Under the pieces are notes generated by a model. It searched no databases, was not told where the DNA came from, and saw only the letters and a program-made list of their open reading frames with translations. A stretch of DNA of 63,392 nucleotides, filler included, from Lenisia limosa (lineage: Eukaryota; Protista; Breviatea), in the NCBI GenBank assembly GCA_001655205.1. It is 14 parts of 14 records of this genome, joined end to end, with 100 filler letters (N's around TTAATTAATTAA, not from the genome) between each part and the next. Parts side by side here need not be neighbours in the genome. Positions count along the whole stretch, not along the records: positions 23,825 to 26,230 come from LPNZ01004989.1; positions 26,331 to 30,007 come from LPNZ01004728.1; positions 30,108 to 31,116 come from LPNZ01004432.1; positions 31,217 to 32,404 come from LPNZ01007252.1; positions 32,505 to 38,154 come from LPNZ01008568.1; 9 more parts are not named here. One strand, 5' to 3'. Each line of letters starts with the position of its first letter. Position 1 is the stretch's first letter. The position numbers and the translations under genes were made by a program. Below, in pieces: positions 24,072 through 37,189 of this stretch.

Positions 24072-26072
24072 ATGCCCGTTGGTAAGGGCTCAGATGCCCC
24101 GCCAATGAGCACGAGAAGGAGCAGAGTCAACACAGTTGCGGGAATGACAGTACCAATTGACAACGACCCCTCTAGTAGCGACGATGACATACTTGTTGGC
24201 GCTGTTCAGAATCTGGGCTTTGAGGATTTCGAAGAAGATAGGCAGATCAAGGTCAAAGAGGCTCGCGACCCTGCTGAAATTGAAAGCGCCGAGGTAGTGG
24301 AGGCTATGTCGCTGGCGAACATCTCCGTTTACCCCCCTGTCGTCGAGATCCAGGATATAGAGCCCGGTGTGAAGTATGTTATGTCCGTTATCGTCCAAAA
24401 CGTGGCCTCAAGAACGCAAAGAGTACGTATTCTTCCTCCCCCGCCAGGCTCAGGCTTCTCTATCGCAATGTCGCCCCAGGTATGATGGTTTAGTGTTAGA
24501 ATAACGCTATAAGGAGGAGATTTGTTGGCTTCTGTGTGTTCCCTCCCTTGATCTCCTCTAACGTCTTGGTTGTGGGCGTTCCTTCAAAACGCGTGTTAAA
24601 CTTGCTGCTATCATTGAATGTGGCTATTAGAAAGATGTTTTTGTCAGTGTGATGATAAGCTGCGGGGTATCAACGAGAGCTTTGGGTTTCCCGTATTATG
24701 TCATTTTTCGCTGTTTTTCAGGGCTCTTTCAAGGGCGTACGGAGATATCTTTTCATCAACGGGTCTTTCCACACTCTCATAAATGTTCTCAATTGTCTGT
24801 CATGGAGTTGGTAATTTGGGATCATACATGTTTTCTAGCTGGCATGGTGTATGTGTTTCTCACTCAGCAATACACTCCTGTATTGATACGTTACCATTCC
24901 GAGCATCCTTTCCTCCTCTGGGTCCTGAGGACTTCATCGTTTCCTCGCCGTCCTCTGGGTCCTGAGGACTTCATCCTTTCCTCGCCGTCCTCTGGGTCCT
25001 GAGGACTTCATCCTTTCCCCTTTCTCTGTGTTGCCTCGTTGTTAGTTTTCTTCGTTTTGCTTTGTTTTATGGAAGACCTTATGTGCTTTAAAAGTCTCTT
25101 TGGATTCCAAATTGATGTGTGCACTATAAATGTTGGGTAGAAGAAGGGTGAAATAATGTAGAATGTAGAGAGGTGAAATTGTTGGATTTATATGAAGGAT
25201 ATGGAATTGGGAGAGAATGAGGGGGGGGGGGTATAAATGTGCACTGAAACCGGAATATGATAGTTGCTTCTTTTGGTTTTTTTTTATATGTCTATTTAGT
25301 CTTTTTTGGACACGCCATTCTGTTGTGTTTGAGATGTTTTAATTTGATTTTCCGAAATCTGTGTGTTGTTCCTATTTCCATTTCTTGTTTTCCCAGATTT
25401 TTCTGGCTTTTTTATTTTCATTTCTACAGTTTCTCACTCTCTCTCCTTTTATTTTTATTTTTTTTATTTTTTGTTTTCTGTGCCTTTTCTGTGCGTTTTA
25501 TTTTTCATAAAACAACATTGTGATTCAGCTCATCCTCTCTTTGCGCACCCGAATCATTTTCTCTATTTAAACTAGTATCATAAGGGGTCGGCTACAGTAC
25601 ATCACTCCATCTTCACCCAACATTTACATTTCTCTGACCAACACAGAACGTCGGCGGCACCATGGTTGCACCCGGGCTCGAGGTCAGCTGTGAGGTGGCC
25701 TTCCAAACCTCCGAGGCCGCTGATGCTCATTCCTTCTTTTCGGTGGGAGGCTTTTTTTCAGGTGTATGTGACATGCGCCTATATCAGCCAACTTATTGGG
25801 CTCCAGAAGCGACTGGCCTGGGCTTGTTTGTTTTGTTGTTATCAACTCTTGTGTGNNNNNNNNNNNNNNNNNNNNNNNNNNNNNNNNNNNNNNNNNNNNN
25901 NNNNNNNNNNNNNNNNNNNNNNNNNNNNNNNNNNNNNNNNNNNNNNNNNNNNNNNNNNNNNNNNNNNNNNNNNNNNNNNNNNNNNNNNNNNNNNNNNNNN
26001 NNNNNNNNNNNNNNNNNNCCGGTGGTTTCCTTCAACCCCATCGTGGACTTCGCCTCTATCTCTAAGGGACAG
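24072..26072 (+). CDS. CFAP47: CFAP47-like ciliary ASH/Ig-repeat protein, N-terminal exons only
   Basis: VYPPVVEIQDIEPGVKYVMSVIVQNVASRTQRVRILPPP|NVGGTMVAPGLEVSCEVAF...|PVVSFNPIVDFASI follows the recalled CFAP47 N-terminus (VKFLDTMAGRVYRLPITVHN..QKIRF..LASGLQMTAMVEY..VVNFG). A related ASH-repeat ciliary protein cannot be excluded. Confidence 0.62.
24915..25018. repeat. Intronic tandem repeat, 37 bp x~2.8
   Basis: CCTCTGGGTCCTGAGGACTTCATCCTTTCCTCGCCGT starting at 24915, 24952, 24989. Confidence 0.92.
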
Positions 26073-26334
26073 GTAGGCGTCGTCCCCAAAAAAACAATAA
26101 CTCGCGGATGTAATGATAACTCGTCATCGGGGGCGGGGATGTAATGATAAATGATAATATACACTATACTATATGCATATGTTGTCTAACATTATCTCTA
26201 ACTCTATCATTTTACTTCCACCTTACTCCTNNNNNNNNNNNNNNNNNNNNNNNNNNNNNNNNNNNNNNNNNNNNTTAATTAATTAANNNNNNNNNNNNNN
26301 NNNNNNNNNNNNNNNNNNNNNNNNNNNNNNACAG

Positions 26335-26909
26335 GGTTCTCACAGCGGACGAAGTGGCCGAATTGTATGCCGCCCCCCAGATGCATTTAAATGTAAGGAA
26401 GGATTCATTTTTCAAACCATGAGTAGTGGGATGTGGTACTGCAGAAGCGACTGGCTTGTGTTTTTTTTTTTTGTTGTTGTTGTTTTCAACCCTTGTGTGT
26501 TCCTTGCCAAAAGAGTTATTTTGGGCTTTTTTNNNNNNNNNNNNNNNNNNNNNNNNNNNNNNNNNNNNNNNNNNNNNNNNNNNNNNNNNNNNNNNNNNNN
26601 NNNNNNNNNNNNNNNNNNNNNNNNNNNNNNNNNNNNNNNNNNNNNNNNNNNNNNNNNNNNNNNNNNNNNNNNCAGCTTATCCAACAAGTTGATTTTTTGA
26701 GGGTTTTATGATTTCATAAACTGTTCCGTTTTCACGTTGATTGGGCTTTTTTTTTTGTTTCAACAATTTTCCAATTTTACCTTCCCCCTCCATAGGAAGA
26801 AGATCTGTTTTTCAGCTACCGAATTTCTGAGGATGGTGTGACATCTTCGCTTGCACAGCCAGACATGACCCAAAACACTCTCACGCTCAACCAAAATAAC
26901 GTGTATTGA
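26335..26909 (+). CDS. 3' end of a hypothetical gene
   Basis: Exons VLTADEVAELYAAPQMHLN and EEDLFFSYRISEDGVTSSLAQPDMTQNTLTLNQNNVY* separated by a family-A-containing intron ending at 26795. Confidence 0.45.
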
Positions 26910-28047
26910 TTTTTTTTTCTTTAGTTGATTCAGCTTTCTTCTGTAATATCAATGTCAGTTCCCTATGTTTCAAAAAAGACCGGGATAATATGGTAATAGC
27001 GATATTTACCGTGGATTTATTGAGATATTCATAATGATATCATATCGAAAACCGTACCGCCAATGTTTTTCGGAACCCTCCTGGGGCTGTCTGAGGGAGA
27101 TGGATTGTTGCTCTTTTAGGTTATTTCTTTTTTTTGGGATCCTTCGCACTGAAAAACGCTGTACACCGTACACCGCCACTGAAAATACGGCGTACACCGT
27201 ACACCGCCGTTATTATCAACCACCAGAGTGTCCCCCCTTGTAATAAACAGGATGAACCATCTGTATTTTAGGTTTTCAGATTCCGATTCGAGATTTCGCC
27301 AAATATCTATCATATCGATCGAATATTGATCAAATATTGCATTAAATGAATCATTGTCTTAACCACAACAAAATTGCAACAACAAAAAAGAAAAAAGGAG
27401 AAAAAGAGCAACAGTAGAAGGTTGGATAAATAGGTAAAAGGAAATAGTTTGGGATGTTTCCTCCCCCAGGTACATAATATTTCAGAGACAGATTTCAGTT
27501 TCAAAAGTTGCCCTTCTTGCTTGCTCATTTAATCAAACCCCCTCCCGCGTCTGTTGAAGCAAGAAGAAAGAAGAAAGAACACTAGCGAGGAAGGACAGGG
27601 AGAATCGCCTTCATAGCCCTCCGCCCCCTTAGTGATCATATAAGTATGAGGGTTGACCAGTGCTTACACTTTCGTCTAAAATTACAATTTAATATCTTTC
27701 CTCTATTGTCATTCAGCTTATTTAAAGAATCAAATCATAGGAATAGGATAAGGAAAAGGAAGGATATAAGAAAGTGATATTCTTAATTATTGGGGGAAGA
27801 TAGAATAAACCCCCAACCACGTTGTTACTTTTCGACCGAAGATGACTGTATCAAAGTATGTCAGTTCATCTTGGTGATATTTGACAGAAATGTATAATCA
27901 ATCAGCTTCATTATCACGATTCACCCCCCCCCCCCCNNNNNNNNNNNNNNNNNNNNNNNNNNNNNNNNNNNNNNNNNNNNNNNNNNNNNNNNNNNNNNNN
28001 NNNNNNNNNNNNNNNNNNNNNNNNNNNNNNNNNNNNNNNTTCTGATA

Positions 28048-28184
28048 GGATGGCGTGCTGTAGAAGCGACTGCTCTGTGATTTTTTGTTGTTTTGTTGTT
28101 ATCAACCCCTGTGTGTTGCTAGCCAACAGAATTGATTAGGGCTTTTTTTGTGCTTCAGAAACTTTCCAGTTTTACTCGATTTAG
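28048..28184 (+). repeat. Intronic repeat family A copy ending at an acceptor AG upstream of the Ras-like ATG
   Basis: GTGCTGTAGAAGCGACTG...TTATCAACCCCTGTGTGTTGCTAGCCAACAGAATTGATTAGGGC...TTTCCAGTTTTACTCGATTTAG. Confidence 0.8.
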
Positions 28185-28188
28185 ACCA

Positions 28189-29961
28189 ATGTCCGCCGAA
28201 GACGTTCTGTCATTCGGGGCAGAAAAGGCGCTTTTTGCAAGTCCCGAGGACCTCAAGGATGCGGAAATTCCTGTAGATGTTTGGGGGGAGAGGGGGATGT
28301 TGGTATTCTGTTTTCAGCCTTCATGTTTTATTCAACTGTTGTCAGCCAACAGAGTTGATTTTGGCTATTTGTGTTACCTATTCTTTTCCAATTTACGTTT
28401 GTTTGGAGTTTCAGATTATTCGGTTCGTGATTAGTACCTTGTGTTTTTGTTTCATAAATTTTCCAATTTNNNNNNNNNNNNNNNNNNNNNNNNNNNNNNN
28501 NNNNNNNNNNNNNGAGGATAGTGATATTGCAGAAACATTCAAAACTGAAGATGGGTCGTTTACATGCCTGCTTGGTGAGAGGGATTCTTTCCTTGTTCGG
28601 GGGGATCTTTTATGCTTTTTGTGGGTGGGGTGGTTACATGCACTTTCTCTGGGGTTCCTTTTATGGCAAGTTATTTCTCAAATATTCCTTTTATGGTAAG
28701 TTATTGTTCAGATATTCCTTTTATGGTAAGTTATTGTTCAGATATCCTGGATACGGCTGGGCAAGAGGAGTATTCGTCCATGAGAGATCAGTATTACCGA
28801 ACGGGACAAGGTAGGATTGAAATTAATTTCCAAATTTTAAATTAAAGTGTCTGAAATGGCGTTCCCAAAACGATAGATCCTCCATAAATATCGATATTTT
28901 AATGGTTTCGGACCGTAGGGAAGCGCTAAATTCACTACACATTTTTTGGATTCGAACTCACTACACTGGTCCTGACACGGTTATTTCGCTTTATCTTTTG
29001 TCAATTATGTCAGGACTTACCAGTGTGTGTTTCTTGTAAACAGAATTGATTTTGGGCTTTATATATATACATGTATATTATATATTGTCCAATTTTACTC
29101 ACCCCCCCCCCCGTAGTGTTTGTTGTGGTGTACTCAGTGACTAGCAAAAGCTCCCTTCAAGAAGCCCAGCAGATCTATGAACAGTGTCAAAGGTATGGGG
29201 GAGGCGGTTCAAATTCACATAGGGTTCATGCAGATACAGATATATATGCACACAAAAAGTGTAGTTTGTGTGTGGGGGTATTGTGTGTGGGTTTTGCGGC
29301 TTTTATAGAGTAAAGGCTTTTATAACACCTTAGAGTAAAGGATTGCAGCAACCCTCCCTGTGTCCTTGTCGGTAATAAAATCGATCTTGACAGCGAGCGA
29401 CAAGTATCACGTGACGAAGGTTGGGGAGATATATTATATATGGATAGGAAAAGGGAGGGTGGAGTGACTTGGCAATTGTTTTGCTTCATACGATAAGTCC
29501 TGACAACGATATTCTGACAACGATATTCTGACAACGATAATGAGCCTTTTTTTAGTCAATCGTGTCAGAACTTTTCACATGTCTTGTTTTTGTGGGTGTG
29601 GGGGGTGATGGAATTGGGGAATAAAGTATAAACTGTCTATTTAGCACTTATTTTGAAAATGTAATATTACAAATGTAGGCCAAATAATGGCGCGTAAGCT
29701 CGGCGTGCCCTTTTTGGAGTCTTCTGCCAAAACTAGGGTGAACGTCGAAGAGGCTTTTTTCAGTGCGGTTCGGGAGGTGGGGGGGTGGGATGTTGAACCT
29801 GTAGTATTTACAAATATATGGAAACAGTGACTTAGATGTGCAGCTTTCCCTTTTGAAACCATGTTTCAACCCCACATAACCGTATAAAGACTGCATATTA
29901 AGGCGTTTAGGTAGTGATTGACAGTTCCTCCGCTGCCACCCGAAGCGGAATGGAATTCAAG
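28189..29961 (+). CDS. Ras-family GTPase domain, probably circularly permuted (cpRAS); 3'-truncated
   Basis: EDS...FTCLL|[23 protein letters not shown] (G3), [16 protein letters not shown] (G4), [23 protein letters not shown] (G5), then ...TRSGMEFK| (beta1 lead-in). No GxxxxGKS seen upstream of G3. Confidence 0.9.
28655..28746 (+). repeat. 30-bp tandem repeat x3 overlapping a 3' splice site
   Basis: ATATTCCTTTTATGGTAAGTTATTGTTCAG at 28682-28711 and 28712-28741 plus a diverged copy before. Confidence 0.92.
29500..29540. repeat. 14-bp tandem repeat x3
   Basis: CTGACAACGATATT repeated. Confidence 0.85.
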
Positions 29962-30267
29962 GTTTGCCTTTGTGAATTAGGCATTTCTTTCTTGTGGGGG
30001 GGGGGGGNNNNNNNNNNNNNNNNNNNNNNNNNNNNNNNNNNNNNNNNNNNNTTAATTAATTAANNNNNNNNNNNNNNNNNNNNNNNNNNNNNNNNNNNNN
30101 NNNNNNNGTGATTCCCTCATACTCCTGCAACCCCTCCCTTTGCTTTTACTCTTTGTTGAATGATTGAATAATATACAATAACAAATAACTACATACACAA
30201 AAAACCAAAAAAAACTTCAAAAACTGAGATTTTTATAGTGGTGACGTCATGACGTCATATAGACAAT

Positions 30268-30985
30268 TTCCCCAAAGTCCACTCTGGACGACTTGTGTAG
30301 AGGGTACCTAGCGCAAAAATACCACCATGAGGCCATACTCTACAACAAGTCTGCAAGCGAAGCTGCACAAAATGATATGCGAATGGTGCATATTCACAAT
30401 AATAGAATTGGCAACATGTTTAAACTTCAACGTAAATAAAATACAATACATTACACCACAAATTGAAAAATGAAGAACTTAGAAATGACATAAATAAGTG
30501 AGGCGTTGGATGATACCTTATGGGAGGCTTTGGAGGAAACCGGGTGCAAGGTGCTCCAATATTCCAGCAACCTCACTTGACAACTAGAAAGGTAACATGT
30601 AAATGTTGCTATAGCAATACATTCTGTATTTTTTACAAATCTACAACTTCAAAATCTCAATTGCCACTTAAAAGATCATGTCCACATCTCATTTACCCAC
30701 TACAAGATCATGTCCACATCTCATTTGCCCATTTCAAGATCATGTCTACATCTCATTTGCCCATTTCAAGATCATGTCCACTCCAGAAGACATCATTTAT
30801 TTGCAGCACAATAATATACAATTATTTTTATGCATGTATCACGTGTATCTCTCTCTTGCCCCTTACTTTGCTTTTGGCCTCCAGAAGCGCGATGTATTTC
30901 GGGTCATTACTGAGCTCTTCTGTGGGCCTACCGACCATTTCCGGCAGTACCCGCATTATACTCATAAACTCCTCTCCTGGATAAT
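30268..30985 (-). CDS. 3' part of a hypothetical gene
   Basis: Exons IMRVLPEMVGRPTEELSNDPKYIALLEAKSK|, CQVRLLEYWSTLHPVSSKASHK|, LRLQTCCRVWPHGGIFALGTLYTSRPEWTLGKLSI*. Confidence 0.4.
30672..30782. repeat. Intronic 32-bp tandem repeat x~3.4
   Basis: AAGATCATGTCCACATCTCATTTGCCCATTTC repeated. Confidence 0.9.
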
Positions 30986-31440
30986 AAGAACTAAGTCTAC
31001 GCATTTCTGCTGTAATATAAACAAAAAGAAAAGAAGAAAAGGCGGTGCCGACATCGCACAAACAGCTTCGTTCCTTCCTAATGAATATTCATCATGGATA
31101 AAACGTATTCAGGCCCNNNNNNNNNNNNNNNNNNNNNNNNNNNNNNNNNNNNNNNNNNNNTTAATTAATTAANNNNNNNNNNNNNNNNNNNNNNNNNNNN
31201 NNNNNNNNNNNNNNNNACAACAAGCCATCAAAAATCAATTCATTTATGAAAAATTCCATCCGCATTCAAAAGTACAACTATAATTAAATTCACACACACA
31301 ATCAGTACGAAATAATAATAGCAGCACCATATACACAGTTAGCCAGGTAGCTAGTTCAAACCCCCTCATCTCCTTCTCTACTATTAATATCTAGGGCTTC
31401 CCCTAAATTTCTAAAGTATTTATTTCTCTTGTTTTTAACA

Positions 31441-31839
31441 CTTCAGTTCGAAAAAAGACTGAATTTCTCAATAAATCTTGGAAAATTATCGATATTACCA
31501 GTATTGTTCGAACCGAAGTGAAGCCTTACTAATACCCCCCCCCCCACCNNNNNNNNNNNNNNNNNNNNNNNNNNNNNNNNNNNNNNNNNNNNNNNNNNNN
31601 NNNNNNNNNNNNNNNNNNNACGCGCTGCGGAAGTCCTCAATCAAACAACCGTCAATAATGAAGTTCGTTCTGGGTGGGTGGGTGAGGGTAATGTGTCTTT
31701 CGACGACAACTGTTCTTTTATTTTGACAAGGAAATAATACAAAATTAGGGATTCTTTTTCGGTTCAAAAAAGTCTGAATTTCTCGATAAATCCTCGAAAA
31801 CTACCGACATTTTTCCCAGACTTTCTCGAACCGAAGTGA
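31441..31839. mobile_element. Two degenerate MITE family B copies (31441-31526 and 31748-31839)
   Basis: TTCGAAAAAAGACTGAATTTCTC..ATAAATC..GAAAA...TCGAACCGAAGTGAAGCC core in both. Confidence 0.75.
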
Positions 31840-32669
31840 TTGTTCAAATATTGTGATTTCTGGTTATAAGAAGTGGTAATTTTTTATATAGAGCAAACCG
31901 TGCACCGGAACGAGAGGACCAAAACGGTGCTGCGATGGCCTGGGCAAAAACTGGGGTGGTTAATAATTATGGATTTGTGCAATTCTGTTTATGAGGAAAT
32001 TAATTGACAAAATTGACAATTCAAGTCTCCGAAATTGGGTTCAGATTAAAAATTGGTCTCACTCCAAATTTTGGATTTATTTTTTCAATTAATTGTACAG
32101 AGTAATAATGATAATGTAAATGATAGGAGGGCTGAGAATGTTATTTAGACAAACAGTTGGAACAGGGAGTGAGTAAAGACAATGTCTTCTGTCGAGGGGA
32201 ACAATATCATGCCAGCACAATATATGGTTGAACTGTTAATACATAATATTGTTTGGATGTTTGATGTAGTTTTATTTGTGATTACTGTGGGGAGTGCTTT
32301 GAACTGGCTACTGGTCTGACTGTAGGTTTGAAGGGAATAATATAAGAATTTGTGTGTGGGTACTGTTAGCATTGAAGAGAGGATGTATGTAGGCAAACTC
32401 TAGTNNNNNNNNNNNNNNNNNNNNNNNNNNNNNNNNNNNNNNNNNNNNTTAATTAATTAANNNNNNNNNNNNNNNNNNNNNNNNNNNNNNNNNNNNNNNN
32501 NNNNACAAAAGCTTAAACCGAATAGTGACAGTCCTATTAACAAAAGCTTTAACCGAATAGTGACAGTCCTATTGATAAAATCTAATAAAAAACTATACCT
32601 CACACAAAAAAAAAACAACAAAGCAGGAAAAACAACCTCAACACTCAAAAAAACAAAGCAAAAAATAAC

Positions 32670-35600
32670 AGTAACCGGTAAGGCCTCCTCAAACTTGAAC
32701 TGTTTGTCGGATTGGAACATATGGGCGTCGGAGTCCTGAGATTCGCGCAGAAAAGCCAGAAAGTAATCAAGAGTAATCCGACATCCGCTTCTCTCCATGT
32801 CGAAGGTCACGTGCACTATATGGAAGGGGGGGGGGGGNNNNNNNNNNNNNNNNNNNNNNNNNNNNNNNNNNNNNNNNNNNNNNNNNNNNNNNNNNNNNNN
32901 NNNNNNNNNNNNNNNNNNNNNNNNNNNNNNNNNNNNNNNNNNNNNNNNNNNNNNNNNNNNNGCTAATGATGAGTTACCTTCGTTTTACACCCTCCCCCAC
33001 CATTGCTAGGAAGGGTAGCGGACATTTCTTTGAAAGAAGTTTCATGATGGTCGAGCACGAACACCTCTTTGACTGCGAATTATGAGAGAAATTGGACTTA
33101 TGAAGAGTTGGCCCACATGGTTTATGGTATGCTGGGGAGGCACGCAGAAAACTGTGTGCACAGAGTTGTATTAATATTATACTATAATCCAATATCTCTT
33201 AGAAGCGTGATNNNNNNNNNNNNNNNNNNNNNNNNNNNNNNNNNNNNNNNNNNNNNNNNNNNNNNNNNNNNNNNNNNNNNNNNNNNNNNNNNNNNNNNNN
33301 NNNNNNNGTCGAAATGAACAACGAAGATAACATGTGGATATGAGGTATCATATCACCTCGTGGAAAATGATATTTCACACATGTGAAAATGATCCAAAAA
33401 GTGATATGAGAATCAAAGTGGTGGAGGGGCAAGATGAAAACATAAGGGGTACATTATTCCTTTTGTATATATTCAAAACTGCTATTACGACAATTTTTGA
33501 ATAGTTTATAATTACGATTCTGGTGGAGTATACACATCTCATGTTCACCTTCTTTAGACACTCGTGAAACAGTTCCTTCCTTGCCACAGAAATCAAGGCT
33601 AAAGAGGTAATTAGAGCTCTGTTTAAGGGAAACAAAGAGCTTAATGACTCTGCGTGAATTTGGCTATAATATGTGTCTGCAAATGCTTAGTACATTACAA
33701 AAAGGTTGCGATCAAGTCATACATACGCCACAAAGTAGTCACGCTAATTTATGTTTTGATATTCCTATAATATCATACACTATTATATTTTTTTATAGCT
33801 GCACTTGAATGTATTCTAAAGAATCTCACATATATATCAGATCATATTGTATAATTTAATGGATATTCTTGAGTACAATAGTATAAAATGTATATGCATA
33901 TCTTGCTCCCAGCTTACAAGAAAACAGTGTCGTTTTTGTCGAAAGTGAACTCGAGAGGAGCGGTAGTTTGATGTGAGACAAACTCCACGTCTGCAGTGTG
34001 AGTTCCAAAATATCCCAGAATTTGAGACATATCCTAAACTCTTTCAAAAAAATTCAACTAATGAATATTATCCCAACGGGCATGTCTTAAAANNNNNNNN
34101 NNNNNNNNNNNNNNNNNNNNNNNNNNNNNNNNNNNNNNNNNNNNNNNNNNNNNNNNNNNNNNNNNNNNNNNNNNNNNNNNNNNNNNNNNNNNNNNNNNNN
34201 NNNNNNNNNNNNNNNNNNNNNNNNNNNNNNNNNTGTAAGTGCAACTACAATCTTGGGTATTCTGACCATGATATGACATGCATATCTAAGACTAATAATC
34301 TCGGTAAACCTAGGATTATGAATATAACAAGTTTATGGGGGAGTACGTTGACTGGTGTTTTGCAACCAACCCGTTTTCTTGACCTTTTTGCAGAACATCC
34401 AGACAACAAAGGCAGCAAACATGCCATCCGAACAAGGCATGTGGTGTGTCACCACCCACCTCCCTTCAAGAGAGGGTCTGGTTGCAAGTAAGAATGACAA
34501 AGTAGGGGGGAACCAAAACACAAAAACATGGTTGATTGACTGTTCACAGCACAAGATGGGGAAAGGATGAGCCATTGAGGGCAACCGGCATGTGAGGATG
34601 AAGTGAAGAGGATGTTGTCAGAAAAAGTGAATAGAGAACGGAATGAATCGGGTAATGATGTGAGGAGAGCGAAATGAGTCGGAAAATGATGTGAGGGAGA
34701 ACGAAATGAATCGGGAAATGATGTGAAGGAGAACGAAATGAATCGGGACATGATGTGAGGGAGAACGATAAGACCCTTTCTTGGATTGGATGCTGAGTTT
34801 ATATTTCCCCTAGCCCTANNNNNNNNNNNNNNNNNNNNNNNNNNNNNNNNNNNNNNNNNNNNNNNNNNNNNNNNNNNNNNNNNNNNNACAATCTCTTCCT
34901 ATATGAAATTCTATCATATTCTTGAGGCTTCAGGCACAAGGTATGAAGAAGTGGAGGGAACGAAAGAACCTCAAATGAAATTTATGCTGTTTTCCCTCAA
35001 GCTATTCCCCTCTCCCCAAAGCTATAAAAGCCTCAACAGGGCAAAGATGTCCTCACTAACACTCTTCCTTTCCCCTTCTCCACTTCCCAACTCTATACAA
35101 TATCAATATCTACTGATACATACCTCGTGATCTTCTTCTTCTTTGCTTGTGGTTCTCCCATATTATCTCCTCCAATGTCGTCAACCAATCGTCAACAAAG
35201 AAATTTCAAAAAATACAAAAAATACAATAAAAAAAAACCATGAATAAAGGGAGNNNNNNNNNNNNNNNNNNNNNNNNNNNNNNNNNNNNNNNNNNNNNNN
35301 NNNNNNNNNNNNNNNNNNNNNNNNNNNNNNNNNNNNNNNNNNNNNNNNNNNNNNNNNNNNNNNNNNNNNNNNNNNNNNNNNNNNNNNNNNNNNNNNNNNN
35401 TATTCATGCACCCCCTATACATCAATTCATCCCACCTAATGTCCCCTTTTCGTGGTGTCTCCAGGGTTATGAGGTACTCAGCCTACAGAGAATTTAGGCC
35501 AGGGTAATTACGTACTCAACCTGAAATTTGAAACTCAAAGTCAGTATTATAGTACTGTGTTGATGAAAAATTAACGGGTGGAGTACCTCTGGTGAGACAA

Positions 35601-36990
35601 CACGAAGGGGGGGAGAGCAGGATTGTGGTGCTGTACTGTGTATGGCGGATTTTTTTTTGCAGAAAGTGATCCCCACGTACAATACTTGGGATGTTGGGAT
35701 GTAGTGTTTGTAGTAGACAACGCATTTAGAAATATATCAGGTTATCAATTATAAAACCATTAAAGGGGATCTTTTCAAGGTTTCAAAGGTACATAGTAAA
35801 AATACAGACATACACAAACATTCGCATTCGAAACAGAAAATCTAAACTAACATAAAACCACCTTAAGACTAATCAGACAGTTCAGCGTCATCAACAACCA
35901 CTTCGCTGCCCATTGAGAAGCCGGGGGAGTTTTGGTTTTGCGAGTGAGACGAGTTTGACGAGTGCGTAGACTGGAAAACAGCAGGACTGTCCTCCTCATC
36001 ATCGGANNNNNNNNNNNNNNNNNNNNNNNNNNNNNNNNNNNNNNNNNNNNNNNNNNNNNNNNNNNNNNNNNNNNNNNNNNNNNNNNNNNNNNNNNNNNNN
36101 NNNNNNNNNNNNNNNNNNNNNNNNNNNNNNNNNNNNNNNNNNTGGGGAGGAGGGAGTAAAATTGGAAAATTCATGAAACACAAAAACAAAAATAAAACAT
36201 GATTAACTCTATTTAATAGCAGTTGGTCAACACACAAGGGTCGAAAACAACAAATAAAGCCCACANNNNNNNNNNNNNNNNNNNNNNNNNNNNNNNNNNN
36301 NNNNNNNNNNNNNNNNNNNNNNNNNNNNNNNNNNNNNNNNNNNNNNNNNNNNNNNNNNNNNNNNNNNNNNNNNNNNNNNNNNNNNNNNNNNNNNNNNNNN
36401 NNNNNNNNNNNNNNNNNNNNNNNNNNNNNNNNNNNNNNNNNNNNNNNNNNNNNNNNNNNNGCCGAGCCAAAAGCATATTACATGAAGAAAAACAATCATA
36501 TCTGAAGAAAAAGAAGCCTCTATTACGCCATACCAACCCGGAACTTATCATTATTTATGTCATCCTTATATATTATTCTGAATCTCCTGTTTTTATTTCA
36601 AGGCTCCAAATAGTACCATTGGAAGAGTGGTGGCGTCAGAGGTGACAGAAGCGCTTTTCATCTCCATTTCTTGGAAAATGGCCAGGCTAAAATGGTGATC
36701 ACTGATTTTGGTTGAGTAAAAAAAAGAGAATAGCGCTTGGAACAGTTGAAATGCTTGGTTATAACAGAATATATGCACAGAGTAAAAAGATGGATCACTT
36801 ATACATACAGCTATATATAAATATATATCATATACATATCATATGCATATAGTATACATAATATATTATATGATATAGTAGAAACATAAATGTGAAAGCC
36901 TCCTATATTTCTCTAGCCTAAATCCAGCACATCCCCCCACTCTGACTCCTTCTCTTCCAGCTCCGAGCCATCACAAGCCTCAGATGCANN
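32670..36990 (-). CDS. Fragments of a large hypothetical multi-exon gene
   Basis: Open exons e.g. HVTFDMERSGCRITLDYFLAFLRESQDSDAHMFQSDKQFKFEEALP|, LISVARKELFHECLKK|, SDDEEDSPAVFQSTHSS; no domain recognised. Confidence 0.35.
34635..34768. repeat. 31-32 bp minisatellite x~4
   Basis: GGAGAACGAAATGAATCGGGAAATGATGTGAG units. Confidence 0.88.
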
Positions 36991-37189
36991 NNNNNNNNNN
37001 NNNNNNNNNNNNNNNNNNNNNNNNNNNNNNNNNNNNNNNNNNNNNNNNNNNNNNNNNNNNNNNNNNNNNNNNNNNNNNNNNNNNNNNNNNNNNNAGAAAA
37101 TCTTAGAATACAGAAATCATGGGGATACAAAAAGAAATCTGGGGTACCAATACAGAAATCATGGGGATACAAAGAAATCTGGGGTACCA

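Noticed and set aside
27040-27215. CGTACACCGTACACCGCC direct repeats as transposon subterminal repeats
   Set aside because: Only two copies, with no TIRs or TSD identifiable.
23825-30007. Synteny or gene continuity across linkers (e.g. CFAP47-like continuing into 26335-26909)
   Set aside because: CFAP47 and HYDIN are very large proteins but only short pieces lie between linkers; neighbours across linkers are unrelated contigs.
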